Source: Chiloscyllium plagiosum
Lineage: Eukaryota
Direction: 5' to 3'
NCBI RefSeq assembly: GCF_004010195.1
Contig: NC_057718.1
Span: 20,604,223-20,668,222, forward strand
DNA length: 64,000 bases
Under the pieces are notes generated by a model, which saw only the letters and a list, made by a program, of their open reading frames with translations, did no database searches and was not told the origin of the DNA. A program made the translations under genes and the position numbers. Shown piece by piece: positions 1 to 12,620 of the stretch. How positions within the stretch are numbered: the first letter of the stretch is position 1; the number at the start of each line of letters is the position of its first letter.

Positions 1-210
1 TGTCCGGACTTGTCCGACCTGCCTAGCTCCACCCTCACCCTCCTCTAGCTTATGTCTCCACGCTTCAGGCTCTCTGCCTTTATTCCTGATGAAGGGCTTT
101 TGCCCGAAACGTCGATTTTGCTGCTCGTCGGATGCTGCCTGAATTGCTGTGCTCTTCCAGCACCACTGATCCAGAATCTGGTTTCCAGCATCTGCAGTCA
201 TTGTTTTTAT
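1..210 (+). mobile_element. Penelope-like element pLTR 3' end (cut by window edge)
   Basis: Hammerhead motif at 86-113, then GATGCTGCCTGA..TTCCAGCA..TCCAGCATCTGCAG tail shared with other copies; 41252-41293 is the exact reverse complement of 167-208. Confidence 0.8.
82..117 (+). ncRNA. Minimal type I hammerhead ribozyme (PLE type), core intact
   Basis: CUGAUGA (86-92), extra A, stem II GGGC-UUUU-GCCC, GAAA (106-109), palindromic ACGU stem III, GUC cleavage triplet (111-113), weak stem I AUUC/GAUU. Confidence 0.75.
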
Positions 211-391
211 CTACTCGGTAAACCATGCCTAATTTGGAGTATCTAACCTGTACATTGGAAGACCAGGAATAGCACTATTGCAAATGATCCATCCAGCATC
301 AGTTTGAACTGTTAGTTCTGTGCACATCACACTTTGGGCTCTTCAATTATGAAAGTACTTACAGAAGATTATAAAGACATTTATAGCGTTT

Positions 392-670
392 ATAACCCCA
401 GGATAGCCTGGGAACATGGGTTCAAATCTCACTATGGCAGATAGTGAAATTTGAATTCAATAAAAATCTGGAATTAAAAGAAAATTCACTGTCGATTGTT
501 GTAAAACCCCATCTGGTTCAATAATGTGTTTTGGGGAAGGAAATCTATCACCCTTTTCTGGTCTGGCCTAATGTGACTGCAGACCCACAGTAATGCGGAT
601 GACTCTTAACTCTTTGGCTATTAGGGGTGAGCAATAAACACTGGTATAGGAAGCCCGCATCCATGAATGG
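392..670 (+). mobile_element. tRNA-derived SINE (family B) with LINE-derived tail
   Basis: B-box GGTTCAAATC; core GGAAGGAAATCT..CTGGTCTGGCCTA..GACTCTTAACT; tail GCAATAAA..CATGAATG; homologous to 5045-5341 and 60398-60747. Confidence 0.75.
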
Positions 671-2199
671 ATTGCGTTTCCGTGCATAAGTATGATTGTT
701 TCTATCTGTCTACGTACATGTCTCTGGGAGTAGCTGTATGAAATGCCCAACTAAACTTTATATCTTTTAACGATTCAGCTAATCTATTTCCACTTTGTAA
801 ATTGTATAAACTCCAAGGCGAGCTGCGCTGCACCAAAGCAAACAACAAATGAAATGTTGTTAAAATTGCCACCTTGAATACTGGCTTTATGAAGGGCAAA
901 AACGTTTTCGAACACTGAATTTCTTATGCTGGCTGTCTTATTATAATATTTACAGGATAGACCCAGAAAAAAGACAGCCAACCTTGTTTTTGAAACAGGC
1001 TTTAGTAATTTCGTCACATTTAAACAGTCATCTGCATCGCCCCAGACTGTGGATAGTGCAACAACGTGGCTCTTCCGACCTCTTACTGTTAATGGTTATT
1101 CAATAATCAATCCTTCTGTTTTTTGATGCGCAGAATGCATTATCTAAATGGGAGGTTAAGCGAGAAGAATGGGTTTAGGGAAACATTGTTGTAAACAACG
1201 TGACTTGTTCTAAAGCCAGTCTAGTTCAGGATGATGTTTGAACTGTGCAGGAGCCGGAAGCGTTTTGTTTCAGGATTACTTCCCCCAGTTTGATTTTATT
1301 TTGTCATTTAAGACTTGCATCTAATTTCTTTATTATAATTTGGACGCTGGAAAGTACTATAATGTTGCACAATGAGAAGGTTGCCCAGTTTGCTGCCCAC
1401 GAACAACAGAGGCCTCATTAGTGTCTGAAACTTCCGCGTTTTTATTAAGTACTAGTGATGTACTTCTGAGGATCCTCCTGCACCGAAATGAATGCCAGCT
1501 AGAGTGGGGATGTATAGATTGCACCATCACTAAGAAAATAAATAAAATTTCCATCTAATATGACCTCGTCTTTATTCTCCTCGCTTCTGCTAATTGCATA
1601 TTTTAGTGTTCAAGTTTATGCTGTATTTTTAAATTATTTCGACTTTTACTTCCACACTACAATCCGATTTCTTTTCTGATTTTAAATTGCTTTTTTGGTG
1701 AACTTTTTCTTTTTAAAAAAGTTGTCCTTTTTTGCATATGAATGCATGATTCTTTGCATAAAAATACAGGGAAGGTTACACAATGAGGAGAGGTTGCAAA
1801 AACGTGGCTTATATTTCAACAAGTAAAGGAGATTGTGCAACAATCAGACTGAGGGTTATAGAATGTGAAAAGGATTGGACGGGGAGATCCTGCGAAACTG
1901 GCGGAGCAGGCCCGTGAGGCTCAATGACCTACTGCTGGCCCCAGTGTTCCAACCTAAGCCGAGGATTTCTGCAGGAAGGAAATAGGATCAAGTGAAGTCA
2001 GGCAAAACCGAACCAGGTCGACAATCACCAGAACGAAAGAAGCATGACAGGAGACATACATTGGCAGACCACTGGGTGAACTGGGGGTTGCTCTGGGTCT
2101 AGAGACAGGGTGTACCAGAGGCTGCTGTAGGTTGTGGAGCTGATTGTAATTGAGTTTGAGTTGACGGTATCTCTGTGAAACGGCGAAAATCAGGTTTGA

Positions 2200-2650
2200 G
2201 CAGAGCGGGGGAGAGCAGGGGGCCAAGACTCGGTAATTCCAAACCAGTTCCGCCCCTCCCCATCCCCTTCCCCAGTGGTGTACGGAAGGCGGAGGCACTG
2301 CCATTAGGTTAGCGACTGAGAACGATCAGCTCCTCCCAGGAATGTTTCTCATCGCCAGTTACAAACTGATAGTCAGTCGGGAGCAGGTGTGTACTGTTAC
2401 AGGTCGGTGCGTTTGGAAGCGGTACCTAAAGCAGTCATTGCAGATAGAGGTAATCCCTAGCCTACGGATAGTCAGGGGCGGCAGTATAACTACAAGCCCG
2501 GGAGCACACCCTGAGGCTGTACACGGGAGAAGAAATAGCCAGTGTTTGTTTTCAAAGCTGCCTACTCGTTTCCTTTCATCGGGTCGACAGTGCATTGTGG
2601 CTGAGCGATTACCCTCCACTCCCTCCCCATAGTCAGCAAACCACGTTCTC
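2200..2650. promoter_or_regulatory. CpG/GC-rich promoter-like segment
   Basis: GC boxes near 2250 and 2475, ACTACAAGCCCGGGAGCA (2489-2506, ZNF143/THAP11-like), GAGAGCAGGGGGCCA (2211-2225, CTCF-like). Motif evidence only. Confidence 0.35.
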
Positions 2651-2710
2651 CCGAAAAAAATAACTTTAATAGACACCAGATCTACATCCCATAGTCAGCC
2701 CTAGAACAAC

Positions 2711-2904
2711 TCCCAGGAAGTGGTGGAGGCTGGTACAATTGCAACTTTTAAAAGGCATTTGGATGGGTATATGAATAGGAACGGTTTGGAGGGATATGGG
2801 CCCGGCGCTGGCAGGTGGGACTAGATTGGGTTAGGATATCTGGTCTGCAGGGACGGGTTGGACCGAAGGGTCTGTTTCCGTGCTGTACATCTCTATGACT
2901 CTAT
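2711..2904 (+). mobile_element. CR1/HER1 LINE 3' end
   Basis: Ends GGACCGAAGGGTCTGTTTCCGTGCTGTACATCTCTATGACTCTAT; reverse-complement homology to 11863-12163 and 63863-64000. Confidence 0.85.
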
Positions 2905-3654
2905 AAATATCTAACGGTGAAACACAATGAGACTGTCCAAAACCAAATAACATTGATACCAATTCGTGGGGAAGTTCTCTACCGGCACAGATCAGATCGA
3001 GATCGCCTGAAGGGATTCCACAATCAACACCTTCGCCCGCAGTGCCTGAGGGAGCCGCGCAGACGCGATCTTTACTCAACACGAAGATTCTATTTTGAAG
3101 AAAGGTTAAAAGATGTCAGTACAGGAATGTGTACTGCAGTCAGAGCAGGTGGCATGACTCATTTATACTAGGCTTCTCTCAGGAGCAAAAGATGAAATCG
3201 GCAACGGGATATTTACGAGTTGGAAAGTTGAGGTGATTTTATTTTTTTAAAAAAGTATAGATTGAGAAGACGAAGGTGAATGGCGGCTTGAACTTACAGT
3301 TCAAGACCTTGAACTTCTAATGCCATTCTCTGGAGGGCAGGGGTGTTGTCCGAAAACGAGATGTGCTTTAGTTGTATCTGTCCAGCTGATTCTTGACCCA
3401 ACAACTTGGCAATGCAAACAAGTTTCTATCCCGCAAAAAACCGCAAGGAATTCCTTAAAAGCAGCATCTTAGCGTAAAGCAGCTGATTGTGTTGGTAAGG
3501 AGCGGGCACTCCTTCCGGCTAACTTAAAAACGTCGACGTTTCGTTTCTGTCAGAAGACGGTATATTTAATGTAGGACCTTAAGTATAACAGTGACAGGCA
3601 TTACCATAGAGCTCTTGAAGGGGACGCGCTCGGCAGATCTAAGACTTTGAGAGT

Positions 3655-3782
3655 GAAACAAAAAAAAACAGAAAGTGCTGGGGAATCTCGGCAGCGTCTG
3701 AAGAAGTCATATGAGAGAAGTCTGGATCTGTCTGCACAGATACTGCACGACCTGCTGGGGTTCTCCAGCACGTTCTGCTTTA
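3655..3782. mobile_element. Degenerate Penelope pLTR fold-back remnant
   Basis: Inverted arms CAGAAAGTGCTGGGGAA / TTCTCCAGCACGTTCTG around a CTGAAGAAG ribozyme-core remnant. Confidence 0.55.
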
Positions 3783-5044
3783 ATGGCAGAGGACGAGCAA
3801 CGCAGTATTTTAGTGTTAGTATTTTAGTGCACAAACGCAAAATGTAAGCATGCGATGGTTTGAACAGAGTAACAGCATTGAGGACACCCGAAACCTCTCT
3901 CAGTGTCGCTGGCAATATGACCAAATCCACACATTGCACGGGGCCTCCCTGTTGCAGTCGCCGTGAAATCGCATGCATTTGCTTCGCTTTTATTGGAGTC
4001 CACATGTACTTACTGACTGACCTTTATTTTTAAATTGGGAACGAACGTTTGTTTGATTTGGATTAAAAGCTGTGTACAACTAAATTCCATTTTAACAAAT
4101 CTCAAAGCAGCTCACAACACTTAATGATGTTTGCGTTACGGGTTTCAGCATTTGGATGTATCCTAGGTGTATCCTATTTTCTATGTAATTAACGCTGATA
4201 TGGTTATGAATATTTTCCATGCTCTCTCACACCGAAAAGAACAGGCAGCGCCAGAGCTGAATGATGGTATCACCTCGTGTCAAATGTTATTACTGCCTAT
4301 TCCCCCACCTTGACTCATCTCCACCCAAACTGCTGGACTTACCATCTCGCGAGAGAGCGTGTTTCTTTCTGAAATATGTTCTCGCCATTAAAAGAACTAA
4401 CAAATATTTGATATTGCATTTGAGCCAAAAAACTAATCTGATAGTTCTTGTTCATATTTTAAACCACGATAACATTCTTCGAGGAATTTCTAACGTCGTG
4501 TGAAGTATTTGATGGAATGGCCAAGTTGCAATTTCGGCAACTGTCATGTCTTAAACTTGTCTATGTCTGTTGTATGCGGAAATGCCTGTACAAATGCATT
4601 CTTTGCATCGATCTCGTCACCTTTAACCGCGCTCAGGTGGCAAACCAGTTGTTACAGACCGTTCCGAACATGTTTATACCCGTTCCATCTATTTTTTTTC
4701 AAGCCACGGAACAACATTCCAATTTCACCTTAACAACTTAGCGTTTGGAAGTCTTATTTTCATCACAATGGATATTTCGAAAGATATAATTCCTTTATAT
4801 GTTTTATGTGCCTACTTGTATAAAAGGATGCACAATCCTTCTTGAAATATATTTTTATATCTAGCTTCTTTTTCAGTGCTGACGTTGTTATATCTAGAAA
4901 ACCCTATACATAATGCATTAGAGTTTTCTGTTCAATATAAAATTATGTTTTTTTTAATGTTGAAAGCCAAATGCTCTGGATTTCCTTAGCCAGGACAATA
5001 TGATGACATTACAGCGCTAACAAGTCTACCTGGTGCATTTTATT

Positions 5045-5341
5045 GAGAGTGGCAAGCTAGGCCAGTGTTTTTTTCTCTCTCCGTGGATTGTCCAGAGGAC
5101 AGTTAAGAGGATCTGGTGTCACATGTAGGCCAGATCAAGCAAGGATAGCAGTTGCCTTCCCTAGACGAACCAGATGGGGGTTTCCCAACATTTGACAACT
5201 GTTTCACGGCCAAAATTAGACACTTAATTCCAGATTTCTTACTAAATTCAAATTCCATCAACTTCCATAGTGTTCCCAGAACATTACCTGGATCTCTGGA
5301 TTAGTAGTCTAGCGACATTAGCTCTCGGCCAAAGCCTTCCC
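5045..5341 (-). mobile_element. tRNA-derived SINE (family B)
   Basis: Reverse-complement homology to 392-670 and 60398-60747. Confidence 0.7.
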
Positions 5342-6802
5342 CGATGACTGGTTGAGATTATTCCAGTGCGGATCCTATTTTTGGTTGTGATTTACCAAAA
5401 CACGGAGTTTCAATTCCATCTAGTGGGTAGGTTTAAATTAAGATTTAAATTAACTTAAGTGGCTATACTTGCTTGCAGTTTAAAACAATGGTGGTCCAGA
5501 CATATTTCTCAAGTAACCGCATTGGGGATACACGTTGAGGAGTCATGGAGCATGACTCCTAGAGAAAAAAATCACTCTGCAACAACGATTTGTGTTACAG
5601 TCAATGGTAAGCGAGCCATAGATCAAATCCCACGGCTGTTATTGTGCATTCTGTTTCTATCGACGATTTATTAACTTTTTAAAAAGTTAGATGGAGTTTC
5701 ACTTACATTTGGGACGAACGGTATGAGAGTTATAAAATATTAAAGTATTTGTGAATATTACATTTTACTACATCTCACTAATGTCCCAAAGAGGCCGCGG
5801 TCCATGTTGCTGATTGTGTATCTGTAAAATTCACGGGAGTGATTTTACTTTGGTCGCTTTACCAAACCAGGGTTTAACTTGGAAGTTGTTGGGCTCCGTG
5901 CCGCTAACCGACCTTTGAAAGCCAAAAAGTAATGCCCACAGGGTGATAATTGTGCTTCTAGGGCAGAAGAAAAAACGCAGAGTACACGTTGCTATATTAC
6001 ATCTGCGGCCAGCCATTGGAAATAATTTAACAAAAGAAAAATCAAAACGTTTCGGACGCTAGGAATTGAAGATAAAAACAGCAAATGCTGGAAACAATCA
6101 GTGGGCCAGGGAGTGTGTATGGAGAGAGGAAGATAGATATCGTTAATATTTTTGGTTTTTGACAAAAGTATCATAGACCTATCTGATACTTAGGCCGTTT
6201 TGTTAAAGAAAGAAATCATCACGTAACTATCACTTCACTTTAATTGATGGTGACCCACTTCCTTGGACTGTTTTTCAGCGATTTTTAATGATCCTGAATG
6301 TAGGAACTCAACTTGAAACGTAAAGAACTCGGAGTTTAAAACCGCAGTAAATATGGACAATAGCAATTTAGGAGGAAGTGTTTATCGCTGCAGCTTCACC
6401 AGACCTGGGAGTGATCAGCGCAGGAAATGATCAAAAGTCTTTTTGAAAATATTTACTTGCTGTGATAGAACAACCACTCTCTTTTTAGTAGTTTTCTTCC
6501 AAATTAAAACAATTCTTCCGGGTAAACGCTATTACTTTTGTAAACTGCGGTTTGCAGAGAGGTATGCGGTGGAGGGGCGGTGGGGGGGATGTGAAAAACA
6601 TGACAATGGCTTGAAATCCGTTGCCTGAAAGCTGGTGCCTGGTTTGATTTTAGGTCGAAACAGAGTTGAAATTGGCGAAGTTTATTTTTAAATCTTCGTT
6701 GACGAGGAAGGTTATTGCGTTATTAACGTCTGGCTCCATAAACATCTGTAAGGCACATTCCAAAAAATAAACCTTTTGTGAATCCTGAAACTAACGAATT
6801 TT

Positions 6803-6903
6803 AAAATACTGCGGATGCTGGAGGTGTCAGATCATAGAAAACAGCAAGTGCTGGAGAAACTCTGCTCCTTCCTTCACAGACGCTGCCAAACCTGCCTAGG
6901 TTT
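6803..6903. mobile_element. Penelope pLTR remnant
   Basis: CTGCGGATGCTGGA..AACAGCAAGTGCTGGAGAAACTC and CACAGACGCTGCCAAACCTG motifs shared with 54824-54990. Confidence 0.5.
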
Positions 6904-8036
6904 CAATGTCTGAAAATGAGCCAGGGAGAACAGGGGAAAGAGGAGTGAAACAAAGTTTACACAGAGCGTGTATGGCTTTATCTTCAGTCAAATAACTTCC
7001 TATAATTAAAGCCGATGCTGCTACGCCTGGTCTATCTTCATCGGGTCATACATACATGCATTAAATTCACAAAATGTATATAGTTATTTACAAGACAAAA
7101 TGTAATATTCGCAGATAAAACTGTCGAAAGTAATCAGATTGTTCTGATTAATAAAAAGGGAATCACACAGATTTCCAGGAGGAGACAGCACCTGAATCCT
7201 ATGTTGGTGGAGCAAATTGGTCCTTGCACCCGACATGCCAAACATAGATTCGCTTTCTTATTTGCAGCTAAATAAATGCATATCAAAATACGCAATTCAA
7301 AACTTAACTTCATTCCAATTATTTTCCTTAAACCTTTGCTCAACTTTTCCAGCATTAATTCCAACGCAAGTGAAACTAGCGACAATTGCACAATATAATT
7401 GCAATTCAAAAAATTCACTCGGATTTTCTAGCAACTTTTCACTTGACAATTTGTGGCGGTCATTTTTTTTCTCTCCAGCCACGAATTTTCGATCCTGAGA
7501 ATAAATTTTTGAACAAGCTACAAGGTACATTTTCCGCAACAATGCGATTTAACTAATACATTAAAAAAAACTAAAGTTGAGTTATTTTAAAGCCATTGTT
7601 GACGTTTTAAACAGATGCTCTCAGCCACTCTCAAATGCCGGGCTTTTAAGTTGATATTTTCGTTCAGCATTATACCTCTGACTTGAATTGTGTAGTCTTA
7701 ATATCTGGCCACTCCCTAGTTTTCTGACGATGCATCGTTTTAGTAATCTTTATTGACGATATGTTTACATTTCTGACAAGCTTGTTAAATAACTTTGAAA
7801 ATAAGGGCAATCGTCAAATGCTTAACCCTGATCTACTTTGTATTCAAAATTAGTGATGCCTCTGTAGGTGTTGCATAAGCAACTAAAAAAAAAATTGGAT
7901 TCTTCAAACATTAGAAAGTATATTGATCCAAGAGGTAAAAAAACCTGAGCCAGTGAGAATAAGGGAAATAACCCTTTGAACGTTATGATCTTCTGCCAGT
8001 TATAGTTAACAGCTGGGAAGTGATGTATGAGATGTA

Positions 8037-8322
8037 TTAGATCACTCACAGTGTGGAAACAGGCCCTTCGGCCCAACAAGTCCACACCGATCCGCCGAAG
8101 AGCAACCTACCCAGACCCAGTCCCCTACATTTACCCTTTCACCTCACACTAAGGGCAATTTAGCACGGCCAATTCACCTAACCTGCACATCTTTTGGACT
8201 GTGGGAGAAAACCGGAACATCAGGAGGAAACCCACGCAGAAACGGAGAGAATGTGCAAACTCCACACACAGTTGCCCAAGGCGGGAATTGAACCCTGGTC
8301 TCTGGCGCTGTGAGGCAGCAGC
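8037..8322 (-). mobile_element. HE1 SINE (V-SINE), A box missing
   Basis: B box GGTTCAATTCC, V domain GTTTGCACATTCTC..GGGTTTCCTCC, HER1-like tail GGGCCGAAGGGCCTGTTTCC on the minus strand. Confidence 0.9.
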
Positions 8323-8929
8323 TTCTATTTGTCATAGAAGAACTTGCATCAGATATATGAATATCCACACAGAAGATCTAAGAATGTTTTCTTCCCGTTA
8401 CCACATCTCTATTGCACTTGTCAGATTTTTATTCTAAATTCTTGTGTCTACACTTGAAATGGTAACAGCTTTGTCTGCTGTAATTATACCTTCCCTCCTC
8501 TGATTCGTGTCTCCCAGCTATTCGCCCCGAATTGCAGATACATGTTGAGGAGCTCAGGTTGCTCAGTTTCCCAAATTGCTCTGCATGTTAACATGCCACT
8601 ACAACTAACATAAGAAAAAATAATAATGCAAAAGGTGCAGAATGCATGACTTTAAATCGGGATTAAATATCTGCGCCCTCTGGACCAAGTCTCAACTCCT
8701 CACTCCTTCGCCTGTTTCATTTGGTATTGATGCTCAATAGTCCAACATAGACTAGCATTCGATATTTGGAATTTCTGTGCGGAATTGTATATTGTTAATT
8801 GATAAGATTGTAAAGAGCTGAAAGAAACTTTTATAATTGGTTTCCATAGAACACCACCAGTGGACCTTGGTGCATTATTAGACAGTTATTTACCTCAGTT
8901 GTTTAAAAATGCAACTAAAATTTGTGCTA

Positions 8930-9425
8930 TCTCCAACATTGCCTCTTGACATTCAGTGGCTTAGCCATCACTAAATTATTCCGTCATCAAAGTAGTTGTG
9001 GTGAGTACCATTGACTAGAAGCTGAACTTGACCAGCTATATAAATATTGTGTCTACTAGAGCAGTTCAAAAGCTAGGAATTTTGCAGTAACTCAGCTCCT
9101 GTTTTCCCAAAATCTGGCCCACCATCTAAAAAAGGCAAAATTCAGGAATGGGATATGGTTGCAGCTCCACCAAAAGCTCACACCATTCGGGACAAAGCAA
9201 TCTGCTTGTTTGCACCCCACTCACCATTTGCAGCGTTCAGTACCTTCATCACCAGCCCACAGTTGTTGCACTAAGTCCTACCCACAAGATGCAGCGCAAA
9301 ATGCTGAAGCCCACTCCATGGCAGCACTGTGGGCAGCCCTATTTCCCACGGACGGTCGCGGCGCAAGAAGGTAACTCACCCAACTTGTCTAGGACAATAA
9401 ATGTTGGCCAAGTCATGACGCCTAG
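8930..9425 (+). mobile_element. Old CR1/L2-group LINE 3' fragment (putative partner of SINE family B)
   Basis: Decayed RT C-terminal region ending CAATAAATGTTGGCC; same tail as 58640-58985. Confidence 0.6.
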
Positions 9426-10779
9426 CAGAAAACAACAAGGCTTCCATTCTAAAATATTTACAATGTTAAATGTTGACACAAAAAACCAGGCCAAAAATAT
9501 AGCAATGGGAAATTTGGCAGGGAGCACCTGGATACATAATGTATGTACACTCAAACGTAAATGGGTATATTGTAGCAGAGCTGCTAAGATCCAGGAGCCT
9601 GTGAAACCTACAGTATTAATAATCTGGGGTAATATTTGAAATTATGAACGTGTACAAACGCCTGTTTTCACTTCTGAAGAGTGTGTGACAATTTATAGTT
9701 ATCTCAACATCAATTAACTCACCGAATATTGTTGATTCAATATAAAAAAGCTACGTGTTCCGTCACAGAAATAATCCATATTCATAGATTTCCAACGGAA
9801 AAATTGGACTGTATAGTGCTAACATCAATCGGTTTTTAACCCTATGTAAGGAAGTTACATATAACAAAACATTCTCAGACTTGAAGTAACAGCTTTGTTT
9901 TTATCTTATACATTTTCAGGATTACATCCCAGTACAATTCGAGTAAAATAATTTCCTTTCGTCTCACGTAATGTTTCTTCTCGTAAAACTGACTTTTTTG
10001 AAATGTGAGTTATAAATCACTTCTAACGAAAGAAAGTTTAAACAATAAATGTTGCATTATTGTGATTAATGTGTGGAAGCCGGAACACGGAGGTCAGTCC
10101 ACAATGAAAGTCTCTGGTTTGTGCATTTTGGTCTATTTTAAAATTTGAACTTATAATATCTCTGAACACTTTGGTCTTTGTTGGGGTAAATATGAAATCC
10201 GTTCTTCACTGTTAGCGACGGCCGCTGCTGTTGTTGCTTGTCTGTGATTGGGCTCATATATTTGTACTCTGTTACAATTCCGCCCACATATGTACAGTGT
10301 ACGGCTAATTCATTAAACACCAGTGCAAAGCAAATTCTTAGAAACGCATGTCATTTAAAGGTAAAGGTGGAGCTTAATGGTTACTTGGGCCATCCAAAAG
10401 CTTATTAATTTAACAGCGAGTAAAAAACTGCAAAGTGACTCTTAAATGTGTTAAAGTGCTGGAGCTTTTCAATTCCACTTCAGCCCTTTAATGGCAGAAC
10501 ACTTGGCATTCTAAAAGGAGTTTGGGAAAAAGAAAAAATGTAAAAGCTTTGAGAAAGAGCTGATGAGTGAAATCAGCCAAATTGCATTTGCAGAAGGCAG
10601 GCACAAACACAATGTGCTAAGGGGTCTTCTCAGTACTATCGCCTTTATGTGTTTCTATATGTTTATAGAAATAAATGAATTAATGGTCACTGCTCAGGTT
10701 GGCACTGGTCTGGGACTATGACTGACCTGGCTATTTTTGGAACACTTTGGGTAGTTCTCCTCTATGTATGTAATGCAAG

Positions 10780-11575
10780 GAAGTGGTAGATAGAATACAA
10801 TGTGGGAAAGTGTGAGGTATGCACTTTGGTTGGAAGAATAGATGTGTAGCTATTTTCTAAATGGGGAAAGGCCTCAGAAATCTGAACCGCAAAGGGACTT
10901 GGGAATCCTAGTTCAGCATTCTCTTAAAGTTAACATGCAGTTTCAACTGGCAGTTAGGAAGGCAAATGCAATGTTCATTCATTTCAAGAGGACTGGAGTA
11001 CAAGAGCAGAGATAAACTGCTGAGGCTTTATAAGGCTTTGGTCAGACTACATTTGAAATGTTGTGAGCAGTTTTGGACCTGTATCTAAGGAAGGATGTGT
11101 TGATGTTGGAAGTGGTTCAGAGGATGTTTACAAGAATGATCCTGGGTATGAAGGGCTTGTTGTATGAGGAATGGTTGAGGACCCTGGGTCTGTATTCAAT
11201 GGAGCTTACAAGGACGAGGGGAGAATCTCATTGAAATTAGAGAATACCAGCAGGAGAGACTAGGACCTGTGGGCGCAGCCTCCGAGTGAAGGGATGACCT
11301 TTTAACACTGAGATGAGGAGAAAGTTCTTCAATCAGAGGGTGGTGGATCTGTGGAACACATTGCAGCAGAAGACTGTGGACTCCAAGTCTTTAAGTGTCC
11401 TTAAGATAGAGACAGATGGGTTCATGATTAGTAAGGAGATCAAGGGTTAAGGTGAGAAGGCAGGGAAATGGGGCTATGATACATATCAGCTATGATCAAA
11501 TGGCAGAACAAATCCAATGTGTTGAATGGCCGAAGGATCTGTTTCCTTGCTGTACAGCTCTATGACTCTATGACT
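10780..11575 (+). mobile_element. CR1/HER1 LINE 3' fragment
   Basis: Decayed RT C-terminus (LYKALVRLHLKCCEQFW-like, YEEWLRTLGLYS) and (CTATGACT)n tail. Confidence 0.9.
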
Positions 11576-11862
11576 GTAAATGATTGCTACTCATGGAGAT
11601 GCAACATTAATGTGCAGCATTGACAGCCAATGTTGGGTAGAGTTGCAAAGACAGAACTCCAAAGAAGATAAGATATGTCAACAGCTCCACAGGTAAGAGA
11701 GTGAGGTTGCCAGATGACAAGGTTGAATGTCACTCACCTTGCTGGATATCAAGAGCTCATTTAAAGCACCTACTAGACTGGATCCATGTCCTTCACACCA
11801 TGCAGGCTGCTTCCCTCCTCAGCACTAGTTTCCATACCATTACAACTTTCAGCATTATCCAA

Positions 11863-12163
11863 AGTCATAGAGTCATAGAGCTGTACAGCACGGAAATAGA
11901 CCCTTCGGTCCAACTCGTCCATACTGACCAGAAATTCTAACCTAATCTAGTCCCAATTGCCAGGACTTGGCCCATATCCCTCTAAACCCTCCCTGTTCAT
12001 ATACCCATCCAGATGCCTTTTAAAGGTTGTAAATGTACTAGCCTTCACCACTTCCTCTGGCAGCTTATTTTATTTACACACCATCCTCAGTGTGAAAGTG
12101 TTGCTCTTAAGTCCCTTTTAAATTTTTCTAATTCTCATTCTAAACCCATGCCCTCTAGTTCTC
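11863..12163 (-). mobile_element. CR1/HER1 LINE 3' end
   Basis: AGTCATAGAGTCATAGAG tail; reverse complement of the 2711-2904 type. Confidence 0.85.
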
Positions 12164-12304
12164 TTTGAATCCAGTGCTTTAAGATGTTTTAATATAATAA
12201 TATCTATTTAACTCTAATTATTATATCACTTTTTAAATGCTTATTTAGGTGCTTGTGTATCCTTCTTAAAAATAAATAGGCCAAAAATCTTACTTGTCAT
12301 GAAA

Positions 12305-12620
12305 AACACATCTTCTCCACCATTCAGTGAGACCATGGCTGTCTGATGATCCTCAACTCCACTTTCCACTTACTGTTTAAAAATCTGCCCAACTTAATGA
12401 ACCAGCCTCTACAGTTCATTGTGGGAGAGAATTTCATACAGTCATTGCTTCTGGGAGAAGAAATCATTTTCCTCTATTTTTTAAATGGGTGAATCATACT
12501 CTGAGTTATGCCTTCTGGTTCTGAAATCATCCACAAGGGGAAATACGCCTTCTGCCTTAACCCTGTCGTCAACTGTGAGTCATGAATATTTCAAGAAGGT
12601 TGCCTTTCAATCTCCTAAAT
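12305..12620 (-). mobile_element. Old CR1 LINE 3' fragment
   Basis: Similar to 23830-24107 and 18290-18432 (CATGGCTG..TGAT..TCCTCAACT). Confidence 0.6.

Noticed and set aside
1954..2676. 96-116-aa ORFs in the GC-rich segment
   Set aside because: Overlapping on both strands with no recognisable domain; expected by chance at higher GC.
9148..9639. 163-aa ORF
   Set aside because: Mostly overlaps a decayed LINE fragment; no host-protein signature.
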